This document shows, in pieces, positions 38,907-47,833 of a stretch of DNA of 64,000 nt. Within the stretch, counting starts at the first letter, position 1. The number at the start of each line of letters is the position of its first letter. The position numbers were made by a program, and so were the translations under genes. Source of the stretch: Pontiella sp. (GTDB lineage Bacteria; Verrucomicrobiota; Kiritimatiellia; Kiritimatiellales; Pontiellaceae); contig JBNKHE010000006.1 in assembly GCA_050290185.1 (NCBI GenBank), forward strand, positions 128,001 through 192,000, written 5' to 3'. The notes under the pieces are model-generated. The model did no database searches, was not told where the DNA came from, and worked only from the letters and a program-made list of their open reading frames with translations.

Positions 38907-40493
38907 ATGTTAAAGAAAATGAAGCCTTTTGGCGGGAAAAAGCGTGAGAAGAAGGAAATCATTATCAACATCGAGCCGCTTGAAACACGCGTGGCGGTGC
39001 TTGAGGATGGGCGGCTCGATAACTTCCACATCGAGCGCGTAGAGGACAACCGGATCGTCGGAAGCATCTTCAAGGGAAAGATTCAGAACCTGGAAGACGG
39101 ACTTCAGGCGGCCTTTGTCGATATCGGACTGAAGAAGAATGCCTTCATCCATTACTGGGACATGATCCCGGAGGATGCCGCGCGTCTGGAACGGGAGGAA
39201 GGCATCCGGGCCAAAAGCTCCACCAGCCGGCGGAAAAAATACAAACCCGGTGAAATGGAAAAGATTTTCCCGGTCGGATCCGAAATCATCGTACAGGTAA
39301 CCAAGGATGCCATTGGCACCAAGGGCCCGCGCGTTACCGCCAACTTGAGTATCCCCGGCCGCTTCCTCGTGATGATGCCCGGCACGCACCTCAAGGGCAT
39401 CTCACGAAAGATCGACGACGTGAAGGAACGCAACCGCCTCAAGAAGATTCTCACGCGCCTGCCGGTTCCGGAAAATCTCGGCCTGATCGTGCGCACTGCC
39501 GGTTCCGGCACCCGCAAGGTCAGCTTTGCGCGCGATGCCCGTACCCTGTTCGAAATCTGGAACGACATCGAAAACGGCATTAAGGAAACCCCTGCACCGT
39601 GCAGCCTGTACTCCGAGCCGCGGCTCGCCGAACGCGTGGTGCGCGACTATCTGACCGAAGATATCGACCGCATCTATATCGACAACCGCGATATGTATGA
39701 AAACACCCGGCAGATCATCGCCAAGTTTTCCCGGCGTTCGCGCAACTGGGTGCAGCTCTACGGCGGCGAAGAACCGATCTTCGACTATTTCGAGGTCGAA
39801 AAGCAGATTGAGTCCGCCTACCGCCGCAAGGTCTGGATGAAGTCCGGTGCCTATCTCATTTTCGATGAAACGGAAGCACTGGTGGCGATTGATGTAAACA
39901 CCGGCCGCCACAAGGGAAGCAAGTCGCAGGATGAATCCATTCTGGAAGTGAACCTCGAATCGGCCGAGGAAGTCGCCCGCCAGCTGCGCCTGCGCAATGT
40001 CGGCGGCCTGGTGATCGTCGACTTCATCGACATGAAGTCCAAGCGCGACCAGAATGCGGTATACCGCTGCCTCAAGGAAGCACTCAAGAAGGACCGTGCC
40101 CGTACCAACGTGCTGCAGATTTCGCAGCTCGGCCTGCTCGAAATGACGCGCCAGCGCGTCGAGGAAAGTATCTACACCTCGGGCTATACCGATTGCCATT
40201 ACTGCCGGGGCCGGGGCCGCGTAAAGTCGACGCTCTCCATGAGCGTGGAAATCCAGCGCCGCGTCAGCGAGTGTATGCGCAAGGACCGCAACGGTACGCA
40301 CTCCATGCGCGTTACGGTCAATCCACAGGTGCTCGACCGACTGCGCAAGGAGGACGAACAGGCCCTTATCGATATGGAGCAGCAGTTCCATGGACACCTG
40401 ACCTTCGTCTCCGACTCGCATTTCCATATCGAGGAGTTCACCATCACCAACGATGACAACGGCAAGGAACTTTTCTCTAGCATAGAAAGTTAA
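38907..40493 (+). CDS. rng: Rne/Rng family ribonuclease
   Basis: S1 domain AAFVDIG, QVTKDAIGTKGPR, IDVNTG, RQLRLRNVGGLVIVDFIDM, CHYCRGRG Zn link. Confidence 0.93.
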   Translation: MLKKMKPFGGKKREKKEIIINIEPLETRVAVLEDGRLDNFHIERVEDNRIVGSIFKGKIQNLEDGLQAAFVDIGLKKNAFIHYWDMIPEDAARLEREEGIRAKSSTSRRKKYKPGEMEKIFPVGSEIIVQVTKDAIGTKGPRVTANLSIPGRFLVMMPGTHLKGISRKIDDVKERNRLKKILTRLPVPENLGLIVRTAGSGTRKVSFARDARTLFEIWNDIENGIKETPAPCSLYSEPRLAERVVRDYLTEDIDRIYIDNRDMYENTRQIIAKFSRRSRNWVQLYGGEEPIFDYFEVEKQIESAYRRKVWMKSGAYLIFDETEALVAIDVNTGRHKGSKSQDESILEVNLESAEEVARQLRLRNVGGLVIVDFIDMKSKRDQNAVYRCLKEALKKDRARTNVLQISQLGLLEMTRQRVEESIYTSGYTDCHYCRGRGRVKSTLSMSVEIQRRVSECMRKDRNGTHSMRVTVNPQVLDRLRKEDEQALIDMEQQFHGHLTFVSDSHFHIEEFTITNDDNGKELFSSIES

Positions 40494-40536
40494 AAAGCAG
40501 CAGATTCGGAAATCTGAAACCGAACGGGGGATAACA

Positions 40537-41571
40537 ATGAGCGTAGCAAGGACAGTATTTGGGCAAACCACCAACGGGGAACACGTCGACGAATACATTC
40601 TGGAAAACGACCACGGGATGAAGGTTAAGATCATTACGTATGGAGCGGCCATCGTTTCGATCGAGACCCCCGATGCTCACGGCCACGTCGCCGACGTGGT
40701 GCTGGGATTCGATGACATGAGCGGCTACGAAAGCACGGGCAATCCCTACTTCGGGGCCTGTTGCGGCCGTTTCGCCAACCGCCTGGCCGGCGGCCGGTTC
40801 AACATAGACGAAGTCGAATATTCCATGGCCATCAACAATGGTCCGAACGGCCTGCATGGCGGGATCGTCGGCTTTGACAAGAAGATCTGGAAGGCTGAAA
40901 TCGTCGGCGACAGCGCCGTCAAAATGTCGCTGACCAGTCCCGACGGCGAAGAAGGCTATCCCGGCACGCTGACCGTAGATCTGGTCTACACGCTGACCGA
41001 TGACAACGAGCTGAAACTCGAATACACGGCCACCACCGACAAGAAAACCATTCTCAACCTGACCAACCACAGCTACTTCAATCTGGCCGGCAGCGGTTCC
41101 ATACACGGCCACTTAATCCGCATCAACGCTGATCGGTGGACCGTCGTGGACGAACACTCCACGCCGACCGGCGAGCTGCGCGAGGTTGTGGGTACAGAAA
41201 TGGAGCTGCTCGACCCCACGCCCATTGGCAAGAATATTGATCAGGTGCAGGGCCTGGGCTACGACCACAACTACTGCATCAACCAAGCGGCGGCAGGCGA
41301 ACTGACGCTGGCGGCCGCCGTGGTTGAACCGCACAGTAAACGAACCATGGAATGCTGGACCACCGAGCCCGGCGTGCAGTTTTATACCGGAAACTACATG
41401 CAGCACATCCAAGGCAAGGGAGGAGCCATCTACGACAAACAGGAAGGATTCTGCCTGGAGACCCAGCACTACCCCGACAGCCCGAACCATCCAGAGTTCC
41501 CCAGTACAGAGCTGGCGCCCGGCGAAACCTACACCCAGACCACCATCTACAAGTTCGGGGTGCAGGAATAG
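40537..41571 (+). CDS. galM: Aldose 1-epimerase (mutarotase)
   Basis: GRFANR, LHGG, NLTNHSYFNL, YDHNY, QFYTGN, FCLETQHYPDSPN. Confidence 0.95.
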   Translation: MSVARTVFGQTTNGEHVDEYILENDHGMKVKIITYGAAIVSIETPDAHGHVADVVLGFDDMSGYESTGNPYFGACCGRFANRLAGGRFNIDEVEYSMAINNGPNGLHGGIVGFDKKIWKAEIVGDSAVKMSLTSPDGEEGYPGTLTVDLVYTLTDDNELKLEYTATTDKKTILNLTNHSYFNLAGSGSIHGHLIRINADRWTVVDEHSTPTGELREVVGTEMELLDPTPIGKNIDQVQGLGYDHNYCINQAAAGELTLAAAVVEPHSKRTMECWTTEPGVQFYTGNYMQHIQGKGGAIYDKQEGFCLETQHYPDSPNHPEFPSTELAPGETYTQTTIYKFGVQE

Positions 41572-41581
41572 GAATGCCTGG

Positions 41582-41667
41582 CACGGACGGCTGTCCCCAG
41601 CCGTCCGTGGCGCTCCGGGACACAGAGCGCCCGGCCCGTCAGACTGACGAAAACCTGCACGTTTTCG
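41582..41667. repeat. REP-like hairpins between convergent galM and GH2 (likely bidirectional terminator)
   Basis: CACGGACGGCTG-TCCC-CAGCCGTCCGTG; GGCGCTC...GAGCGCC; CGAAAAC-CTGCAC-GTTTTCG. Confidence 0.65.
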
Positions 41668-41697
41668 GGGGTCCGGGTTTCATCCGACCTGCCTCTA

Positions 41698-44600
41698 TTA
41701 GTCCATCGTTTGAATATCGATTTCCGCGGCGCTGACCAGCGGCTTGCCGTTCTGCGAGGAAAGAGCCCGCAACCGCAGTGCGCTTCCGCCTACCGGTTTT
41801 TCAAACTCCACCGACTGCTGTCCAGCACCCGGCTTAAACGCTCCCCTGGCGGCTTCGGTCCAGTTCTCGCCATCGGCGCTGACTTCAACGACATAATTCC
41901 TGATCCGGCCGCTTTCCTTATCCTGCCGGGGCAGATAGGAAATGCCCGTGAGTATAACGGGCCGGTTGAGCTTGAGGGTGATCCACGCTTCGCTATCCTT
42001 GAAATCCGCGCTCCAGCAGGTCGACTTGTCGCCATCCTGCACGTTGACCGCCGGCGTCTGCTCGTTGCTGGCCATGATCTGCTCGATGAACTTATTGACG
42101 TACCCGATGGCTTCGTCCATCTCCTTGGTCGCGGATACCACGTTCTTGTACGGCCCGGTGTCTTCCAGTTCTACGGACAGCGGCGGGCCTTCATACAACA
42201 CCGCAATTTCCGCCAGCGCGGCGACGGTATCGTCGCCGAAACCGGAAAGCGCCCTGAGTTTGAGATGCGAAGCGGTCACCGTTTTGCCGAACGGAATCCG
42301 TTGCGGATCAAAGGTTGATTCCAGTTCGCCGGACGCAACCTTTGTCCATTGCCCGCCGTCATCGGATACGAGGATTTCATACTCCCGGATGTCGCCTTCG
42401 TGCGCGCGCTGGTCCTGCCGGTTCATGAGCACCAGTCCGGAAAACGGCCCGGCCTTGTCGAAAGCAACCGTCACTTCGTGGGGATGGCTTTCACTGAAGG
42501 CGGAAAGCCAGTATGAATTCGGATTGCCGTCGATCAGGTTTCCCGCGTCCCGCTTTTCCGTCCCGGAACTGGCCTCGGCCCTGGCGCCCAGCTTGCGCAT
42601 GATCAGATTGTCGAAATCGACCTGCCGCAGTTGATCGGGCGTGACGTTGACCGAGGGATTGAATTGCTCGCTCTGCATGTAGGTGAGCAGGCTGTTGCGC
42701 AGCTGCCGGGCGACGGGACGCTTGCTTAGATCCTTTTCCAGGCCCGGCGCACAGATCATCAGCTTGCCTGAACCGACACGGCATTCAACAACGGCGGCGA
42801 GCTTATAGTTCCGGTTCCAGTCGTCGATGACCTGTACGATCGGTTTCAGCTCACCGGGAAGGTGGTCCAAATTGATCGCGCGACAGTACGGATAGAATAT
42901 GTCACCCCATTGCCAGTCATAATGGAAGTCCGTCGCAAAGCCGGATAGAGCAGGATGTTTGGGGTCACATAAAATACCGAGGAAACGTTCCCACTTCGGC
43001 CCCATCAAGCGGCTCCAGAAAATGGGCAGGCGACCGATCGGCGGGCAATCCCAGCTAAGCTCATTGTAGCGGGGCATCCAAAGCACTTTGCTGCCGGCGT
43101 TCAACTTGTCGAGAGCTTCATCGAAGGAACGAGTCACAAAAACATCGCCATCGGACACCGCAATGTCTTTGGCTGGATAGACCCAGAACTCCCAATCATT
43201 CTCTGCCTCGATGTTTTCAATGCCGACGGTGAGCACATATTTTTTATTGGGCGCCAATTCAGACAGATCGACCGCCAGCTCGCCCAGCGAGGTTCCGTTG
43301 TCGATAGGAATATCCACGGCATCCAACTTGCCTGAAGCAACCACCCTTTCGTCAGCGGCAATGGTCCAAAATGGAACCGCGCCCGTCAGCGGTTCCATTC
43401 CGAAATGGGCAATCTCCAGCGGGATCTCCAGCGTTTCATCGGTGCGGTAAATATTCTTGGTCAGGCGCGCCAACGGCACGGTGACATTACAAAATCGACG
43501 AAACTGCACCGGCGTCACATAGCCCTTCGATTCCCAGAACACATTCAACAGGCCGACCAGCGCCGTGCCCTGCCCCGGATAGTCGTGCAGGTCGAGCAAC
43601 TGGAAGCCCCCCATGCCGGGCGTGCGCAACAGGGCTTCGATCTCCTGTTTGTAACATGCCAACTGGAATTTTCCACTGGCCATGAGGAAGTCGCCGGCCT
43701 GATCGAGCATGCCGTGCTCCTTGAGCGATTCGCGGAAGATTTCAAAATTTTTGGCCTTAAGGAACCCGGTGTATTCATCGATTTCCGAAAGATCGGGGAA
43801 GGCGCACCACTGGCCGGTCTCGTGGGAGATGACCGGATAGTTCACGCCGTCGAGCGACGCGGAAAAGTCGCGCCCATGCCACCCCTTATCGCCACGAAAG
43901 CGGTAGCTGCCGATGCGGATCGCATCGAGGAAGTCAATATCCGGAACCGGGCCGGGCTTTGTGCCGAAGTAGCGCCCGGTCTGGCTGGCATAAAGCCGGC
44001 GATTATCTTTTTCCTTCCAGCGGCGTGTCCAGTCGAGCAGCGGTTCCTGCCAACTGCCAGCCGGTTCGTTGCCGGTGGAGAACAACACGAAGGAAGGATG
44101 GTTCCCATAGGCATTGACCAGTTTCTCCGTTTCGCGCTCCAGCCATTCCAAAAGCTCATCTTTTTCCGCGCCGTACTGTCCCCAGTTCGAACATTCCGGC
44201 TGGAGATAGATGCCCAGTTCGTCGGCCGCAGTAAAGGCGGCCTCCGGCGGGCAGTAGGAATGAAAACGGACATGGTTCAGGCCGTAGGATTTGACAGTAT
44301 GGAAGATTTTCTTCCACGACGCGACATCCGTCGGCGGATAACCCGTCATCGGAAATGTGCATCCTTCGTGCGTACCCCGGAAAAATACCCGGTGACCGTT
44401 CATATAGAAACGGGCATCCTTGCTTTCGGGCTTCCGCAGCCCCACCTGAAAGGATTTTTCATCCGCCGCACTTGAGCCGGACAGCGTGAGCGTGAATGGA
44501 TAAAGCGCTGGCGTGAATTCGTTCCAGAGTTGAGCATCCTTCGGCAATGGCACCGTGATTTCGGCTTGTGCTCCGTCTTCCGTCCATGTGACCGGCTTTT

Positions 44601-45381
44601 CAACTCCTCCGACAGACAGCGTTCCGTTTCCGGGCTCGCCGGTTTCATTTCCAAGCTCCACCTTGAAGGTGGCGGTTTTGGCATCGATGTCCGTGAACAC
44701 CTTTGCGTCGGCAATATAGACAGGGGTTGTGGACTGCAGTTCAATGCGTCCAATAATCCCGTTCCAGTCCGTCTGCGTCGAATCGGTAATGCTGTGTGCA
44801 TCGGCACGGATCGTCTTGAGCATCCGGTTGTCGACCCGGATCGAAATCGTGTGCTTGCCGGGCTTCAGCATGCCAAGTTCGTAGATGTGCGGTGCCGACA
44901 GACAATCGTCGAAGCCGATCTTTTCGCCATCCAACCAAACCGTGGAGGACCAGTGGACGCGTTCGAGATAGAGCACGAAACGGCGGCCTGCCCAATCCTC
45001 CGGAATTTTAAACGACCGTGAATACCACGCCGTTCCCACATAGTGCCGTTCCGGTTGCAGCCAGTAGGGAATCTTGAAGTTGTCGGCAGTGGCATACTTT
45101 TTATACGGCGCGCGCAGATACCAGTATTTGTCGTAGAGCGTACCCAGCCAGGGCGTATTGGTCGAAGGCGGGTCGCCATAGCCCTGCTCCTGCAACGAGC
45201 CGGGCAGTTTGATCGAATCCGGTAACGCTTGATTGAACCACTGTTCCGCTACCCCGGCGTCGGCACGATCCAGCGCAAAGTTCCACCTACCCGATAGGTC
45301 GAGCTGATTCTGATCTGCGAGAGCAGCCAACGGGAACGCAATCAGAAATACTGCTACCAATCGCTCGTTTATCAACTTCAT
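41698..45381 (-). CDS. Secreted GH2 glycoside hydrolase with two C-terminal F5/8 type C (CBM32) domains
   Basis: Signal peptide; WNGIIGRIEL, VRFHSYCPP, STGNEP, ISHETGQW; two discoidin modules (LIDGNPNSYW...YEILVSDDG; VQDGDKSTCW...YLPRQ...VEVSADG). Confidence 0.88.
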   Translation of the reverse strand: MKLINERLVAVFLIAFPLAALADQNQLDLSGRWNFALDRADAGVAEQWFNQALPDSIKLPGSLQEQGYGDPPSTNTPWLGTLYDKYWYLRAPYKKYATADNFKIPYWLQPERHYVGTAWYSRSFKIPEDWAGRRFVLYLERVHWSSTVWLDGEKIGFDDCLSAPHIYELGMLKPGKHTISIRVDNRMLKTIRADAHSITDSTQTDWNGIIGRIELQSTTPVYIADAKVFTDIDAKTATFKVELGNETGEPGNGTLSVGGVEKPVTWTEDGAQAEITVPLPKDAQLWNEFTPALYPFTLTLSGSSAADEKSFQVGLRKPESKDARFYMNGHRVFFRGTHEGCTFPMTGYPPTDVASWKKIFHTVKSYGLNHVRFHSYCPPEAAFTAADELGIYLQPECSNWGQYGAEKDELLEWLERETEKLVNAYGNHPSFVLFSTGNEPAGSWQEPLLDWTRRWKEKDNRRLYASQTGRYFGTKPGPVPDIDFLDAIRIGSYRFRGDKGWHGRDFSASLDGVNYPVISHETGQWCAFPDLSEIDEYTGFLKAKNFEIFRESLKEHGMLDQAGDFLMASGKFQLACYKQEIEALLRTPGMGGFQLLDLHDYPGQGTALVGLLNVFWESKGYVTPVQFRRFCNVTVPLARLTKNIYRTDETLEIPLEIAHFGMEPLTGAVPFWTIAADERVVASGKLDAVDIPIDNGTSLGELAVDLSELAPNKKYVLTVGIENIEAENDWEFWVYPAKDIAVSDGDVFVTRSFDEALDKLNAGSKVLWMPRYNELSWDCPPIGRLPIFWSRLMGPKWERFLGILCDPKHPALSGFATDFHYDWQWGDIFYPYCRAINLDHLPGELKPIVQVIDDWNRNYKLAAVVECRVGSGKLMICAPGLEKDLSKRPVARQLRNSLLTYMQSEQFNPSVNVTPDQLRQVDFDNLIMRKLGARAEASSGTEKRDAGNLIDGNPNSYWLSAFSESHPHEVTVAFDKAGPFSGLVLMNRQDQRAHEGDIREYEILVSDDGGQWTKVASGELESTFDPQRIPFGKTVTASHLKLRALSGFGDDTVAALAEIAVLYEGPPLSVELEDTGPYKNVVSATKEMDEAIGYVNKFIEQIMASNEQTPAVNVQDGDKSTCWSADFKDSEAWITLKLNRPVILTGISYLPRQDKESGRIRNYVVEVSADGENWTEAARGAFKPGAGQQSVEFEKPVGGSALRLRALSSQNGKPLVSAAEIDIQTMD

Positions 45382-45394
45382 GAAATCTGCTCCA

Positions 45395-45595
45395 TCATTT
45401 ATAGTTCATGGCCCTTTTCCTATGCTGCAAGCCAGCCTCTTCATCAAAGACGAGCATTTGCGCTAGTGAAGTGGCAAAGTAATCGACTTTATAGTCCTTT
45501 TCCAGCCCGGCTTTTGCGAAGGCCTTCATGGATTTGAGCAGGGCGATAGTCTCGCCGGTGCGATCCAGCTCTGCCATAGCGGCTTCACAGCAGAG
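45395..45595 (-). pseudogene. C-terminal remnant of a DUF5107-type TPR protein
   Basis: AAMAELDRTGETIALLKSM...KVDYFATSLAQMLVFDEE resembles the conserved DYFAxSLP-LL-F C-terminus of those proteins; stop codon just upstream. Confidence 0.5.
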
Positions 45596-45746
45596 CTATG
45601 AACCACGCCATACACGAAATAGATTCCAAGGACGGGTTTCGTGTATTCCGTGGCTAAACCCCTTATGCCAGCGTGCTTTAAGCATAGGTTGCCCAGGAAC
45701 ACCACAAAGCATGATTCCCGGAGGGAAATAGTGCCGGAGGCACGGT

Positions 45747-46514
45747 TCAAATGGCAAGAATCTGGCTTCCATCCGAGTTGCCGGATGTGAGGTAGGGCTC
45801 GGTCCGGTACTCGCTCACTTCCCTGAGCTTAATGAGAACGTCGCCTATCGCTTCGGCATCCCGGATGCTCTCGTCGATTTCATCCATTTCCTCAACGGTC
45901 TGTACTTTTTCCCTCATCAGGTAAAGCCGCATACGCAACGCCGTGGCCGGTTGCCCCAGGTGGTGGCAGGCCGCACCGATACTTTGCAGCATGACCCGGT
46001 GCCGCTCGGCTTTCAATAATACATGCTGTTGCTGTTCAAGCGCTTTTCGCAATCCGGATTCAATCTGCAATCTCGCCTCGATCGTGTTCATCCTCGTCTC
46101 GATGCCCTTTAGAATCATATTTAACCCATCTTCAATACACTGCAGATCATCGCTCATGCCGGACTGGTCCAGATGTATATTTTCCGGCAACGTTCCGGCT
46201 GCAATTTCTGCGACATAATGACGGAGTTTTATGATGTTGTTTGCATATTTGCGAAGAATGAGGTAGCCCGAAACCGCCACAACAGCCGTACACATCACGA
46301 TGACGAGCACGGCAACAGACGGCAACGACCGATTGCCCTCAACCGCCACAATTCCGCCGATATAAAAACAGACCAGTGCCGGGATGATCGCCAGCAAGAC
46401 GACGGCAATCTTGGCCTGACCATCCACGCTTTGCATATTCAGCGGCGCGCGCCAGCGAACGGTACGTTCTCCGGCTCGTTTGCCATGTTCCTCACATGCT
46501 TTATGCCCAGTCAT
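45747..46514 (-). CDS. Membrane protein: 2 TM + HAMP-like + HisKA phosphoacceptor, no HATPase domain
   Basis: H-box-like SIGAACHHLGQPATAL; protein ends about 60 aa later (YRTEPY...ILAI); N-terminus similar to the kinase at 3..2066. Confidence 0.75.
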   Translation of the reverse strand: MTGHKACEEHGKRAGERTVRWRAPLNMQSVDGQAKIAVVLLAIIPALVCFYIGGIVAVEGNRSLPSVAVLVIVMCTAVVAVSGYLILRKYANNIIKLRHYVAEIAAGTLPENIHLDQSGMSDDLQCIEDGLNMILKGIETRMNTIEARLQIESGLRKALEQQQHVLLKAERHRVMLQSIGAACHHLGQPATALRMRLYLMREKVQTVEEMDEIDESIRDAEAIGDVLIKLREVSEYRTEPYLTSGNSDGSQILAI

Positions 46515-46542
46515 TCTTTATATTCTCTCCCGTAACTATATT

Positions 46543-46558
46543 CGCAATATTCATGCCA
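46543..46558 (-). promoter_or_regulatory. sigma54 promoter of the HisKA-only gene
   Basis: Minus strand TGGCATGAATATTGCG = TGGCAy-N5-TTGC, 28 bp upstream of ATG 46514. Confidence 0.7.
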
Positions 46559-46696
46559 CCCCACTTGCTGAGACGTTGTATAGATTATTTCTCAAAATGC
46601 GCCAAACGGAGCCTCCCGGAACAGCCAGAGAACCCTCGAATTATTAAGGTCCAATCCTGCTTGTTTCGCCCTGCCGGCAAAACTAGGCTGGGTGCG

Positions 46697-47821
46697 ATGA
46701 ATATCGGTTTTTCAACGTTTGTATTGCAAGGGGGGTGTTCCGGGTTGTCGACCTATGTCCTCAACCTGTTACGTGCCCTTCAGCTGGAGGACATGGAAAA
46801 CCGCTACCGCCTCTTGATGGCACGGAATGACGCCGACCTTGTTCCCGTGACCAACAGGAACTTCACCAAAGTACTGAAGCCGGCGTTTATCAACCATCCG
46901 CTGGTCAACATCGCGTGGCACAACATGGTTCTTCCGGGCATGGAAAAGCAGCTCGACGTGCTGCATATCCCCAGCGCACGGCGCATTCCGGTGATTAAAC
47001 GTACCAAGGTGATTGCCACAGTGCATGATCTGGCGACATTTTCCGTGGAAGCCAAATACGACCCTGCCCGCATGTTTTTCAACCGCAAGATGGTTCCGGC
47101 CATGATTCGCCGGGCCGATCATGTTATTGCCGTGAGTGAGTTTACGAAGAATGACCTTGTGCGGTATGCGGGCTATCCCGAAGAACGCATCTCGGTCATC
47201 TATTCCGGAATAAACCACGATATGTTCAGCCCGATCGCCAAGGAGGAGGCGTGCGACCGGCTCCAGATGATGCATGGTCTGGACAACCCCATTTTCGTTT
47301 ATGTTTCGCGACTGGAACATCCAGGAAAGAACCATATCCGGCTGATCGAAGCCTTCGAGCGCTTCAAGCTTGAAAACGACAGTGCGCACCAGCTGGTTCT
47401 GGCGGGGGCGGACTGGACCGGCGCCGACATCATCCGTGCGCGCGCCGCGGAAAGCCCGGTGAAGGACGACATCCGCTTCCTGGGCTTCGTGCCAGGGAAG
47501 TCGCTACCCCTGCTGTACAGCGGTTGCGACCTGATGGTGTTCCCGTCGCTGTTCGAAGGCTTTGGATTTCCCATTGTCGAGGCACTGGCATGCGGCGCGC
47601 CGGTAATCTGCTCGAACACCTCCTCCATGCAGGAGCTGGCCACCCATCTGATTCCCACGTTTGACCCGACTGACAGCACGGCTATTTTTCAATGTATGGA
47701 ATCCGTCATATCCTCGGGACCGAATGAGGAGCGCCGGCGAGGCGGCATGGAATATGCATCCCGCTTTGATTGGCGGAAAACCGCCCACCGTGTTATAGAG
47801 CTATACCGGTCGCTGGGATGA
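46697..47821 (+). CDS. Glycosyltransferase family 4
   Basis: TVHDL, IAVSEFTK, SRLEHPGKN, FPSLFEGFGFPIVEALACG. Confidence 0.92.
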   Translation: MNIGFSTFVLQGGCSGLSTYVLNLLRALQLEDMENRYRLLMARNDADLVPVTNRNFTKVLKPAFINHPLVNIAWHNMVLPGMEKQLDVLHIPSARRIPVIKRTKVIATVHDLATFSVEAKYDPARMFFNRKMVPAMIRRADHVIAVSEFTKNDLVRYAGYPEERISVIYSGINHDMFSPIAKEEACDRLQMMHGLDNPIFVYVSRLEHPGKNHIRLIEAFERFKLENDSAHQLVLAGADWTGADIIRARAAESPVKDDIRFLGFVPGKSLPLLYSGCDLMVFPSLFEGFGFPIVEALACGAPVICSNTSSMQELATHLIPTFDPTDSTAIFQCMESVISSGPNEERRRGGMEYASRFDWRKTAHRVIELYRSLG

Positions 47822-47833
47822 CCATTTTATCGA

